A stretch of DNA of 64,000 bases, taken from assembly GCF_006345805.1 (NCBI RefSeq), contig NC_042997.1:111600001-111664000 (forward strand), read 5' to 3'. Position 1 is the first letter of the stretch; every line of letters begins with the position of its first letter. Under the pieces are notes generated by a model. The model made no database searches. It had not been told where the DNA came from and saw only the letters and a list, made by a program, of their open reading frames with translations. Positions 11,825-24,819 of this stretch are shown piece by piece. The stretch is from Octopus sinensis. Lineage: Eukaryota. Both the position numbers and the translations under genes were made by a program.

Positions 11825-12455
11825 CAGGGTTGGCCAAAAGTCACCCAACTAAATCAAAATTCCATAAATATTCAATTTTATTTATTCATTTGAATTATGA
11901 ATGTTTAATAATTGAATGCTATGAGTTTAAAAGAAAAAAAAAATCACCGTTTTTTTTTTTGTCAACAGGTGTAGGAGTGGCTGTGTGGTAAGTAGCTTGC
12001 TTACCAACCACATGGTTCCGGATTCAGTCCCACTGCGTGGCACCTTGGGCAAGTGTCTTCTACTATAGCCTCGGGCTGACCAAAGCCTTGTGAGTGGATT
12101 TGGTAGACAGAAACTGAAAGAAGCCAGTCGTATATATGTATATGTAAATGTGTGTATTTGTGTGTCTATGTTTGTCCTCCCCACCATCGCTTGACAACCA
12201 ATGCTGGTGTGTTTACATCCCCGTAACTTAGCAGTCTGGCAAAAGAGATCGATAGAATAAGTACTAGGCTTACAAAGAATAAGTCCTGGGGTCAATTTGC
12301 TCGACTAAAGGCGATGCTCCAGCATGGCCGCAGTCAAATGACTGAAACAAGTAAAAGAGTAAATTTGTCTATGAATTAGCAAAGATTCATATGAAATAAA
12401 TTTTTGTTTTAACCTTGGTTTTGACTTACTGTCAGGTGATTTTTGGCCAACCTTG
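11825..12455. mobile_element. Tc1/mariner-type MITE interrupted by a full-length family-B SINE
   Basis: TIRs CAGGGTTGGCCAAAAGTCACC (11825-11845) and GGTGATTTTTGGCCAACCTTG (12435-12455), the latter followed by TA. Confidence 0.65.
11968..12362 (+). mobile_element. tRNA-derived SINE family B (CORE-like block, internal TA/TG microsatellite), representative full-length copy
   Basis: Head GGAGTGGCTGTGTGGTAAG...GGATTCAGTCCC, block CACCTTGGGCAAGTGTCTTCTACTATAGCC, tail ...GACTGAAACAAGTAAAAGAG. Many copies, e.g. 3490-3870(-), 4618-4860, 11176-11540, 20145-20452(-), 21370-21760, 22015-22408, 23338-23695, 24280-24790(-), 25438-25850, 33165-34060(-), 56030-56600 and 60500-60875. Confidence 0.85.
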
Positions 12456-13129
12456 TATGCACATTCCTCCTCCTGGTGCTACCAAGGATACTTGAAAAAT
12501 ATATTAATATAACCTGGTTGCCATGTTTGTTTATTAACACAATAAACTGAATGAAGTCGTGAAGAAAATGCATAGCAAAAAAAAAAGAGTTTTACTCTTT
12601 CACACGTTTCAGTCATTTGAATGTGGCCATGCTGGAGCTCTGCCTTTAGTGAAGGAAATCAACCCTAGGACTTATTCATTGTAAGCCTAGTACTTATTCT
12701 AACGGTCTCTTTTGCTGAACTGCTAAGTTTCAGGGACATAAACACATCAACACTGGTTGTCAAGCGGTGGTGGGGGACACACAAACACACAAATACATAT
12801 CATCCAGTGTTTTAAATCTGGATTTTGTCCCCGTTAACAGGGGTGGCTGGATCTACCTCAATGCCATAGCAACCAATGTAGGCAGGTGCAGCCCACCCCA
12901 ACCTTTGGGCTGGCTCATGCCCATTCTCCTTTGCTGTCATGAGGTTTTTTTGGAGCTAGATTTTCTATGGGGAGCATGCCCTTGCTTACCCCCAACCTCA
13001 GTTTCTAGACATGAGTGGTCCCGAGACTAAGGCTTCTACCATGAATTTTAAGAAATGTGATGGAAAACTAGCTCAGGAAGGCAGGGATACTATTCCCTGA
13101 GACCCCTTTTGGAGCCCCCCCTACTTAAT

Positions 13130-13297
13130 ACACACACATGTATATGTATGTATATGCATACATACATATATGTACCTACCTACATATATATATATACATG
13201 CATACATACATATATGTACCTACCTACATATATATATATACATACATATATGTACCTACCTACATATATATATATACATACATATATGTACCTACCT

Positions 13298-13343
<46 letters not shown>

Positions 13344-13352
13344 GCATATATA
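13130..13352. repeat. Compound (TA)/(TACA) microsatellite with higher-order TACATACATATATGTACCTACC unit
   Basis: Direct reading of the repeated units. Confidence 0.9.
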
Positions 13353-13989
13353 GGTACAGGACACCAAAAAAAACGGGGACAAAATCCAGATTTAAAACAC
13401 TGGATGATATGTATTTGTGTGTTTGTGTCCCCCCCACCACCGCTTGACAACCAATGTTGTCAGCCTGAGGCTATAGTAGAAGATACTTGCCCAAGGTGCC
13501 ACGCAGTGGGACTGAACCTGGAACCACACAGTCACGTCTGTGCCTATTTTTCTGTACTGTATATTAATTAGTCTGCTTAACGTGTACATAATATCTTGGG
13601 TTTATCAACAATTCACCTCTTTTAGAACAGTACATTAGGGTCGGTGAAAAAGCCATGAACGGAAGGTAGCATCTTGTTAAATGTATAAAAATGTTTGACA
13701 AAACCTGTCAGATATTGTAAAATATGTCCACAGTAACAGAAAAAGAAGACATAACTATAGAGTCATGGGAAGCATATCCTGTTATGGAAGTAACCATTAG
13801 ATAGTTGGGAGGGTTAACATACTTTACATACAATCCTGGCTATGAAATTTCATACATTAAACACCAACAAAGTTAATTTAACACTTCAGCATTCACATTG
13901 TTTGGGTCTAATGTAAAGCTTATTCATTCACATGGTTTTAAATTAAACAGGCATTATTTCATTGCTTCAAGATTTCAATGGTGTGTTTG

Positions 13990-14530
13990 TACAGGGTGTC
14001 CCAAAAAGTCACTGATTGGTTTCAGTTTTTAATAACTTCCTTAATTTTACAAATAAATGCATGAAATTTTGATACAATATAAAGGACATAATGGAAATTT
14101 AATATGCACATGTCAAATTTTGCAACACCACTACATCACATGAAAAATGACATTGCTTAAATGGCAGCCATTTTCGACTTTGCATGTCCTTGCTCTTTCC
14201 AGAATTTATACCATAACATCCTCAAGAGTTTCAGACCCACTTCTTTGATTTCTCCTTCAGTTGTTCCGGGGTCTCTGGTTTGTTGATGAAAATCGCTCTC
14301 TCTCTCTCTCTCACACACACACACTATCTTTCATATAGATATACATAAATACATATGCTTACATCTTTTTTGTGTATATGTGTGTGCGTGTGAGAGAGAC
14401 TGTATTTCCTCATAACATATAGAGAGATGGATGTCTTTTAATGAGTGACTAATTCAGAGAAACATTACTTTCATTATTCACACATTGTCACTCTCATAAT
14501 GCAACACTGTAATTTTGGTTCAAATTGAAA
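13990..14530. mobile_element. Tc1/mariner remnant split by microsatellite
   Basis: Starts TACAGGGTGTCCCAAAAAGTCAC, a typical Tc1-like TIR. Internal sequence resembles a transposase C-terminus on the minus strand. Confidence 0.4.
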
Positions 14531-14755
14531 GTGTGAAACTATTTTTACTTTCTAATGAAACTTAATTGTTGTAGAGCAGTGTCTTTCAGATAACTATAGC
14601 TGGGTGTTGAGATAACATAGAAAATATGTAAATGAAAATAAAGTTTATTTGGTAGCCGAAAGATTACTGAATCTTTTGATTCCCCATACATCAAAATAGG
14701 CAACTCAGTTTTCGAATGTATAAGGAACATACGTGCATACACACACACACACACA

Positions 14756-14759
<4 letters not shown>

Positions 14760-14831
<72 letters not shown>
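14760..14831. repeat. (TA)n microsatellite; similar tracts at 1066-1113, 25595-25650, 37224-37288, 59000-59070
   Basis: Direct reading. Confidence 0.95.
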
Positions 14832-14832
<1 letters not shown>

Positions 14833-15114
14833 CACTAGAAAGTTTGGTATATTTTTAATTCCATGTCACATAGGTTTCATTACAGCACAGGGAATACATT
14901 AAGAAGGCCAGCAATATCAAGGGAGGGGGTAAATCAATTACATTGACCCCAGTACTCAACTGGTACTTAATTTATTGACCCTGAAAGGACAACAGGCAAA
15001 GTTGAACTCATGGTGGAATTTGAACTCAGAACATAGCAGTTGAAATACCACTAAGCATTTCACCCAGCATGCTAATGATTTTACCAGCTTGTCACATAAT
15101 AATATTATAAATAT

Positions 15115-15470
15115 AACAAGAGCACAAACCTCTGCCAAGACAATACCAATGTCCTCTCAATGATTAGCAAGATGATTTTTAGAATGAGAATATCTGAAAT
15201 AAACTCGATTGCTCTCATAAACGAGAATGCTAAGAATGAACCTGACTGCTCTCATAAATTAAGTAAAAAAAAAGAGAAAAAAATAATCCAGAATCCTTGT
15301 ATGGTACCAGATCGATCCCAAAATCTAATCAATTCATGCCAGTTACGAGGCCAAACATCCCTGAAAGTTTCATCTGAATCCATCCAGCTGTTCTTGAGAT
15401 ATCTTGTCCACGGACAAACAAACAAACAAACACAACTGAAAACAATACCTTCGCCAAGGCGGAAGTAATA
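15115..15470. mobile_element. Helentron-associated / DINE-1-like non-autonomous element
   Basis: Starts AACAAGAGCAC, has an internal (CAAA)n microsatellite and ends in the hairpin ACCTTCGCC-AA-GGCGGAAGTAAT. Subterminal repeat AACCTCTGCCAAG / ACCTTCGCCAAG. Confidence 0.55.
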
Positions 15471-17589
15471 AACCCATAATACGTAGATACATGTAGAAAA
15501 CATGTATGGGATCTCCTATGTGCAATTCCCCAGACAAAGATTAAAAACTAACAGTATTATGGATGTTTGACAAGCAGCAGCGACTCCTATCTTCCCACCG
15601 AACTAATGCCTACGTGATAAATGTAAACACTAAATTTTACTGAAGGGAGGGAGTGGGAAGTTGCTTTTTAAAACCAGACAAAACAAAAATAAACTTTTGA
15701 ATATTAATTTAGGAGAAATTCACAAAGAAAGTTTGTCTTGAAACAATTCCTTACAAGAAATGAATTAGAACAGATCACATGAAGTGTTTCGACACTTCGG
15801 AAGAAAATATTGGAAATTTCATAAAATGGTTTTGTTTTGGAAACCAGACAGGGGAAGAAGACGGAGAAATAAGGTTTTTCATGACAGTGTATTACTGGTA
15901 TTGTATCAGTTGCAATGGATCAAACCTATGACATACAAGTAATCAGTTAAACAACTGTGGTGCACCATGACACATTTTCCTCACCATGTTATTTCTTTTC
16001 TGGCTGGTCAGCCATTTGGACAGCAAGAGATCTGTTCCAGCCCCCAACCTCTTCTGTCATCACTTGGCATAAAACCACTTCCTTCAATACTACAACCCCC
16101 CCCCCCACTCACAACTGAAGGAGTCTTGTCTACCAAGTTACTTGGTGACCGCACTAGTGCCATGCAAAAGGCACTTTTTAAAATGGTTGGCATTAAGAAA
16201 GGTGCATCCAGCTGCCGAGACCTAGCCAAAACAGACAATGAAACCTGGTGTGGCTCCTGGCCTTACCTGCTCCAGTCAAACCATCCAACCCATGCCAGCA
16301 AGGAAAAATGGACGTTAAATGACGACGATGATGATAGATCTGTTGTTTTAAATAGACCGTTCGTCTGCTTAGTTGAGGTCTTTACACTCTGGCATGCAAG
16401 TTAATCATTGAGCATGCCAGGTGGCAGTCCAAGTATGCTGCCTTCACCCCACTCCTTTCATGACACCCTATCAAGTTTGTTTTTGCATCTCTGTGCATCC
16501 TGAAACAGGCCACAACAGATGTGGTCATGCTGGACCCATTCAGAGCACAGCAGCTGTTTCTATGATGTCCCTATCATGTTAGTATTCTCACTTGCCTTAA
16601 GGAGTGAACCCAAAACCACTCAGTTGCAAAGCAATCTTCTTAACCACACAGCCATGCTGGTGCTGTATACCTGCACAACCCTTTCTACTATAGGCACACG
16701 GCCAGAAATTTTGTGGGGAGGGGGCTACTCGATTACATTGACCCCAGGGCTCAAATGCTACTTATTTTATTGGCCCCGAAAGAATGAGAGGTGAAGCTGA
16801 TCTTGGTGGAATTTGAACTCAGTAACAAACCAGAAATGTTGCTAAGCATTTTGTACAGCATGCTAACGTGTCTATCAACTCCACTATCAGCATACAATAT
16901 GTAAGAACTATATCTTCTTTTATCTGTTTCAGTCATTAGACTGTGGCCATGCTGGAGGTACTGCCTTAAAGAATTTCTTCTAGTCAAATGGATCAACCCC
17001 AATACTTATTCTATTGATCTCTTTTGATGAACTACTAAGTTATAGGGATGTAAACACACCAACACTTGTCAAATGGTGGTATGGGACAAACAGACACAAA
17101 AACAAACGCACAGACAGGCATGAGCTTTTCAGCTTCTTATTTCTTTATTGTCCACAAGGTGCTAAACATAGAGGGGGACAAACAAGGACAGACAAAGGGA
17201 TTAAGTCGATTACATCAACCTCAGTGCATAACTGGTACTTAATTTGACACCGAAAGAATGAAAGGCAAAGCTGAATTTGAACTCAGAACGTAGCAGCAGA
17301 CGAAATACCGCTAAGCATTTCGCCTGGCGTGCTAATGGTTCTGCCAGCTCGCCACCTTAAAGCTTTTCATTTTCTACCTACCAAATCCACTCACAAGGCT
17401 TTGGTCAACCCAAGGCTAGTGTGTGTGTGTGTGTGTGTGTGTGTAGGACTGATTTAAACCTTGCTCAAGGTTCCATGCAGGACTGAACTTAGAACCATTT
17501 GGTTGGGAAACAAGCTTCTCACTACACAGCCACACCTGTGTGTATATATATATATATTTCATTTTGTTCCTCTTGTTATTTTTAATTTA

Positions 17590-17950
17590 CTGTACAGTAA
17601 AGACTGCTGTCTATGGTCTGTTCCGTATGGAACGGACATTAACAAAACTATTATCATAAATAGTTTAGAAGACTTTGAGAAGTCAGCATATAGAAAACTT
17701 ACGAGAATGTCTTGAAGAGAAAATAAACCAGAGAAGGAAGAAGAGTGGAAAAGAAAGAAAGAAAAAAAAAAGACAACCAAACTATTATCAAACAGAATCA
17801 AAGAGAGAAAACCAAAACGTTTTGGACACTTAATTAGGAAAAGAAAAAAAAAGTTCATAGAGTCTTTTAATAGCCGGCAGAATGAATGGGAAGACGAGAA
17901 AAGTAAGAATTAAGCAGATGGAAAATAGGAAGAATTGGACAGACAATGTA
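17590..17950 (+). mobile_element. RTE-clade LINE RT C-terminal remnant
   Basis: Translation fragments CCLWSVPYG...LEDFEKSAYRKLTRMS*RE and LLSNRIKERKPKRFGHLIR resemble RTE 'LLYG.E.W...LEAFE...YRR.L.I.W' and 'IK.RKL.YFGH..R' motifs. Confidence 0.55.
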
Positions 17951-20517
17951 GGAATGAATATATCATGAGAGCAAAACAAAGACAAAGAGAGGCAGGACAT
18001 TGAACCTGCTGAGAGAGAATTCTAATTAAGAGGGGGGGAGAGTGCCGTTATTTTCAGATATTATAAATTTATGGTTGCTTAACCCTTTAGCATTCATATT
18101 ATTCTGTCACAAGTGCCAATGATTTCGCGTTGCTATTGTGGTGGTTGTGGTTAGCTGCTGGTGATGAAAGCGTCTTTCTTGGGGCTGTGTGTGGAAGTAA
18201 TTAACAACACACAAACAATTAAGAGATTTTATTTACTGCATAGAGTGTTTTAACTTTGTTGGTCTTTTGACAGAAGATAATAGTGACATTTACAGAGAGA
18301 GAGACATAAGACTGGAATTCAGGACAGTTTAACCAAATGTGCTACAATTCATGGTGACAAAATCATGGTGCCTTCCATTTGCCAGTGATTGGTGAAGAAA
18401 TGGGAATGGAGATGTTGAGTGGTGGTCTCAACACTCTGGGGTTACTGCCAAAAAACATTTTCATATAAGGCTCAAAGAGAAAGTTTAAGGAAGTTGACTC
18501 ATACAATGGCTTGACACTGATTGGCCAGTCAATTGGACAATCACATGAAACTACTGGGGCTTGGTCATGATGTCTACTTGGCTAATCAGTGGTTTGGTTT
18601 CAAATCTGCTACAGAAGTAATACTTGTTTATTCTCATCATCAACATCATCGTTTAACGTCCACTTTCTATTCTAGCATGGGTTGAACTTTTGACTAAGGG
18701 CTGGCGAACCAGATGGCTGCACCAGGCTCCAATCTTGATCTGGCAGAGTTTCTACAGCTGGATGCCCTTCCTAACGCCAACCACTCTGGGAGTGTAGTGG
18801 GTGCTTTTTACGTGCTGCCAGCACGAGGCCAGTCAGGTGATACTGGCAATGACCTCGCTTGAATCTTTTTACACATGCCACCAGCACAGGTGCCAGTAAG
18901 GCGACGTTGGTAACGATTACGCTTGAATGGTGCCCTTTTATGTGCCAGTTGGCTGCTCTGGCAAAGATCACACTCAGATGGTGCTCATGCATTATCTTGT
19001 AGCTTTGAGATTTTGCAGAGGTACCTTAATTTTTAGAATGGCATTGTAGGGTTGGTACGAGAGGCCAGATCTGGCCAGTTTGAGCATAAAAAAATTTTCT
19101 ATTTCTGAACAGTTAACCCTTTTGCATTTAAACCAACCATATCCATCCAAAATATTCTAATGAATAGAATTGGAACAGCTTGTAACAACAATTCATTAAT
19201 ATTCACCCATATTTCTAAGGCCACAAGCTGGCAGAATTGTTAGTATGCCGGGCAAAACGCTTAGTGGCATTTCAGCCATCTTTACTTTCTGATGAGGTTG
19301 ACTTTGCCTTTCATCTGTTTGGGGTAAATAAAATAAGTACAAGTTGAGCCCTGGGGGGCCAATGTAATCAACTTCCCTCTGCCTTGATCTTGCTAGCTTT
19401 GTGCCAAAAATTTGAAACGAATATTTTACTACATTTCTGTCCAAGTACACCAACTTTTTATGTTAATTATTAAAAAAAAAATAATGGAGAATTTAGTAAA
19501 CTATAGTAAATTATTTTGTTTTTATTATGTATTTCAAGCATAAATTAACATGAAATTTTAATGAAAGGTTTTAATTTAGATCATTTCAAAACAGGAAGTT
19601 TGTATAATAAAACCAGGGCTAGTCTCAGAAGGGTTGCCGCATTAATCCTTTTGTTACCAACCTACCTGAAACTGCCTCTGGCTCTGTAGTACAAATGTCT
19701 TGTTTTCATAAGTTTTGAATTAAAATCTTCCACCAAACCTTAGTCACAATTTCTGTTCCTAACAGTAGCTTAATGATAACTAAGATATTTTACTAAATTC
19801 TTTCTTATATTTAAATTAATTGAAAGAAACACAGAGCATCTCAAAATAAATACAGTAACGAAAGGTTTAAAAGTGTCGAACAGCCATCTTATTACCAGTC
19901 ACTCTTTGTGTTGATTAGAACACATATGAAATTGAACTGTTTTTGGGTGTGGAGTAGAATATTTGTTGGGTAACAGACTAATGTATGATCTAGCACTGAA
20001 GATGCAGTAGTACTGAAAGAGAGAGAGAGAGAGAGAGAGAGGGAGGGGCAAGGGAGAAAGAGAAAGGGGAATGGATAAACTGAGTGGCATGTGTGTGTGT
20101 GTGTGTGTGTAGGACTGATTTAAACTTCACAGGCTTTTTGATCTTTTACTTGTTTGTCACTTGACTGTGGCCATGCTGGGGCACTATCTTGAAGGATTTT
20201 AGTTGAATGAATTGAACCTGGTACTTCCTCTATTAGTCTCTTATGCTGAACCCTTATGTTAGTGGGGGACATAAACCCACACACACATACACACACGACA
20301 AGCTTCTTTCAGTTTCTGTCTACCAAATCCATTCACAAGTCTTTGGTTGACCTGAGGTTGTAATAGAAGACACTTGCCAAGGTGGTAAACAGTGGGACTG
20401 AACCTGGAACTATGTGGTTGGGAAGCAAGCTTCTTACCACACAGCCATGCCTATGCATAGCTGTGAAAAACAAAGTCATGGCTGTGTGGTTATGAAGTTC
20501 ACTTTCCGACCACATGC

Positions 20518-21267
20518 CCACTGCATGCCACCTTGGGCATGTCCACTGCATGCCACCTTGGGCATGTCCACTGCATGCCACCATGGGCATGTCCACTGCA
20601 TGCCACCATGGGCATGTCCACTGCATGCCACCTTGGGCATGTCCACTGCATGCCACCATGGGCATGTCCACTGCATGCCACCATGGGCATGTCCACTGCA
20701 TGCCACCATGGGCATGTCCACTGCATGCCACCATGGGCATGTCCACTGCATGCCACCATGGGCATGTCCACTGCATGCCACCATGGGCATGTCCACTGCA
20801 TGCCACCATGGGCATGTCCACTGCATGCCACCATGGGCATGTCCACTGCATGCCACCATGGGCATGTCCACTGCATGCCACCATGGGCATGTCCACTGCA
20901 TGCCACCATGGGCATGTCCACTGCATGCCACCATGGGCATGTCCACTGCATGCCACCATGGGCATGTCCACTGCATGCCACCATGGGCATGTCCACTGCA
21001 TGCCACCATGGGCATGTCCACTGCATGCCACCATGGGCATGTCCACTGCATGCCACCTTGGGCATGTCCACTGCATGCCACCATGGGCATGTCCACTGCA
21101 TGCCACCATGGGCATGTCCACTGCATGCCACCATGGGCATGTCCACTGCATGCCACCATGGGCATGTCCACTGCATGCCACCATGGGCATGTCCACTGCA
21201 TGCCACCATGGGCATGTCCACTGCATGCCACCTTGGGCATGTCCACTGCATGCCACCTTGGGCATGT
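20518..21267 (+). repeat. Minisatellite: 30 copies of 25-bp CCACTGCATGCCACC(A/T)TGGGCATGT inside a family-B SINE
   Basis: Exact 25-bp periodicity with a single variable site (T in units 1, 2, 5, 22, 29, 30; A in the other 24). Preceded by a SINE head (20477-20517) and followed by TATAGCCTGAG. Confidence 0.97.
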
Positions 21268-22917
21268 GGGCTGCTTTTATAGCCTGAGCTATTTAATTAA
21301 AATGTGACAGGTTTCACCACAATGTTACCAAAATGTGTATTTTTTTTATAAGACAGTACAAAAAAGTGCAGATATGGCTGTGGGGTTAATAAGCTTGCTC
21401 TACAACCATGTGGTTTTGGGTTCAGTCCCACTCTGCAGCAGCTTTGGTAAGTGTCTTCTACTACAGTTCTAAGCTGATCAAATCCTTGTGAGTGGATCTC
21501 ATAGATGGAAACTATGACAGTCTGACATGTGTGTGTATCTCGTCTGTATGTGTAAGGAGTCTGTTCCACAGTCACTACTCCTTGACAACCAGTGTTGGTT
21601 TGTTTACATCCTCATAACTTAGCAGTTCAGAAAGAGAGACAGATAGATTAAGTACCAAACTTTAAGAAAAAAAAGTACAGAGGTTGATCTATTTGACCAA
21701 AATCCTTCAAGATGGTACCCCAACATGGCCACAGTCAAACAACTGAAATAAGTAAAAAAAAAAAAAAATCTCTCAAACACAGAACTAATCTACATAAATG
21801 ATAGCAATTAATTATTCTAACAAAATCTATTAAAATATTCATCAACTTAATTGACTTTCAGTTAATTGGTTTCATAATGACCCTCTCACTTTAAGTTAGA
21901 CCTCATATGAACTTCGTTAATTACCATTTAGCAAATGGCTCAGCAAATATTAAAGGAATATTTTCTATTAAGAAAACTGAATTTACCATTGATCTTAATC
22001 TCTTTAACAGAAAAAAGAAGTTTGTTTCCCAACCATATGGTTCCAGGTTCAGTCCCACAGTGTGGCATCTTGGGAAATTGCCATATACTATAGCCTTGGG
22101 CCCACAAAGCCTTGTGAGTAGATTTGGTAGATAGAAACTGAAAGAAGCCCATCATATATATGGGTGTATGAGTGTGTGTATGCACGCATGTATGTGTGTG
22201 TATGTTTGTTCCCACCATTGCTTGGCAACTAGTGTCAGTGTGTTTATGCACCTGTAACTAAGTGGTTCAGCAAAAGAGACTGATAGAGATGGATAGGATA
22301 ATTACCAGGCTGAACAAAACTAAGCACTGGGGTTGATTCATTTGACTAAAAATTCAAGGTGGTGCCCCAGCATGGCCACAGTTTGGTGACTGAAACAAGT
22401 AAAAGATACAGCAACAAAACGCAAAAAACATTCTGTAAGAAAGTTTATCTGAAACTCAAAAGAAAACCATATATTCTTGAAGAGATTCTGTAGAAGAAAT
22501 ATGGTAAACAGATAGAGAACGGTCAGTAATAAAGTTTAGGAAGAAGAAAAAGAAGAAGAGTCTGATGGGAATTAATGTTGGATTAGTATTTAGAAGGAAA
22601 TGGTAAGTTGGTGTAAATAGAATTTCAGGCTAATGTTTGTTGTTTCAACTGTTTGCCACAGAACTATATAATGAGGAAGTTGGGGAAGTTTCTATTTTTA
22701 ACTTTCAAGAAAATTTTTTAAAAATTAATTTTGAAAGACGACTCCATTTTTTGGATCCTTAATAAAACAACTGAAGTCATTTAGCTTGGCAATACAGTAC
22801 TCCTTCTCTCTCTCCCCCCTCTCTCTCTACATTCACAAGGATAAGATTGTTATTTAAATATCGATCTTATCGAGTGGCCAACATGGGAATAAAAACTTCA
22901 AAGGTAATAATTATTAT

Positions 22918-23070
22918 TAAAATTATAATTTAGGGTATCTAAGAGATACCACCACACTTGAAATGGCAGCCAAAACTTGACTCTAAACATTTAATGTGGT
23001 TTTAGAGTCATATTTTGGCTGCTATTTCCAGCGTGGTGGTATCTCTTAGATACCCTAAATTACAATTTTA
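22918..23070. repeat. Fold-back palindrome, ~70-bp arms, ~11-nt loop
   Basis: TAAAATTATAATTTAGGGTATCTAAGAGATACCACCAC... pairs with ...GTGGTGGTATCTCTTAGATACCCTAAATTACAATTTTA. Confidence 0.9.
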
Positions 23071-24819
23071 TATATATATAATCATCACCATTATTTGACG
23101 TCCGTAGTCCAAGCTGGCATGGGTTGGACGGTTTAATTGGGGCTGGTAAGCTGGAAGGCTGCACCAGACTCCAGTCTAATTTGGCATGGTTTCCTACAGC
23201 TGGATGCCCTTCCTAATGCCAACCACTCCAAGAGTGTAATGGGTGCTTTTATATGCCACCAGTATCTGCCATGACTGCAATTTTGCTCGGCTTGATGGGT
23301 CTTCTGAAGCACGACATAATGCCAAAGGTCTCAGTCATTGTGGCTATGTAGTAAGAAGCTTGCTTCCTAACAATATGGTTCTGGGTTCAGTCCTGCTGCT
23401 TGGCACCTTGGACAAGTGTCTACTATAGCCTCAGGCCTTGTGAGTGGATTTGGTTGATGGAAACTGAAAGAAGATTGTCATATGTGTGTGTGCATCTGCC
23501 CACCCCCCACTGCTTGACAACCAGTGTTGGTGTGTTTATGTCCCCATAACTTAGCAGTTGGGTAAAAAAGATCAACAGAATAAGTACCAGGCTTAAAAAA
23601 ATATATGCTAGGGTTGATTTGTTCGACTAAACAGAAAGACCTTCAAGGCAGTACTCCAGCATGGCTGTAGCCAAGTGACTGAAACAAGTAAAAGATCCCC
23701 GACTGGCTCCTGTGCCAGTGGCACGTAAAAAGCACCATCCAAACAGTGCCGCCTGATTGGCTCCCATGCCGGTGGCACATAAAAAGCACCCACTACACTC
23801 TCGGAGTGGTTGGCATTAGAAAGGGCATCCAGCTGTAGAAACACTGCCAGATCAGATTGAACCTGGTGTGGCCTCCTATCTTGCCAGTACCCAGTCAGCC
23901 CATCCAACACATGCCAGCATGGAAAACAGACATTAAACGATGATGATGAGGGTTAAAATCCGAGCTTGCCCACTTGAAGCACTTCTGCTTATTCTAGTAT
24001 TCCAAATCCGTATGGAGAGGTTATATTTGCCTGAAGTGCACAGAAGAGTTGAAAATACCAGGAAATATTTTCTGTGGAGTAATAACCTCAAAGCAAGAAT
24101 ATTATTTGATTCTCTGCCAGAAGAATTTCTAATAGGAGATATCTGACAAAATTGTACATGTAGTGGAAAGCATGTCACCCCTATTAGCAAATGGAACACA
24201 TGTAAAACTGAATAAATAATAACAAAAAATTTTCCATTCTTCTGTTTTGAGATTACATATATTTTTGTGCTTCTATGTGTTTCAGTGATTTGACTACAGC
24301 CATGCTGGAGCCCTGCCTTTAAACAAATTGCCCCTAGGACTTATTTTTTGTAAGCCTAGTACTTATTCTATTGGTCTCTAAGTGATGGGGATGTAAACAC
24401 ACCAACATCAGTTGTCAATTAATGATGGGGGAACAAACACAGACACGCAAACATATACACACTCCCGAAGTGGTTGGCGTTAAGAAGGACATCCAGCTGT
24501 AGAAACTTTGTCAGATCAGATTGAGCCTGGTGCAACCTTCTGGCTCGCCAGTCCTCAGTCAAACTGTCCAATCCATGCCATGGCAAGCGGATGCTAAACG
24601 ACGACGATATATATATATATATATATATTTGACAGGCTTCTTTTCGTTTCCGGCTACCAAATTCACTCACAAGGCTTTAGTTGGCCCGAGGCTATAGTAA
24701 AAGACACTTGCTTAAGCTGCCACACAGTGGGACTGAACCTGGAACCATGTGGTTGGGAAGCAAGCTACTTACCACTCAACTACTCCTGCATATATATATT
24801 TTAATTATTTATTTATTTA

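Noticed and set aside
20518-21267. Possible CRISPR array
   Set aside because: Units are contiguous with no spacers, there are no cas genes, and the context is eukaryotic. The same applies to the family-C modules at 39020-39400.
20333-21307. 250-310-aa Cys/His/Met-rich ORFs in all six frames (metallothionein-like look)
   Set aside because: They result from a stop-free 25-bp tandem repeat derived from a SINE. There is no codon-position bias or splice context.
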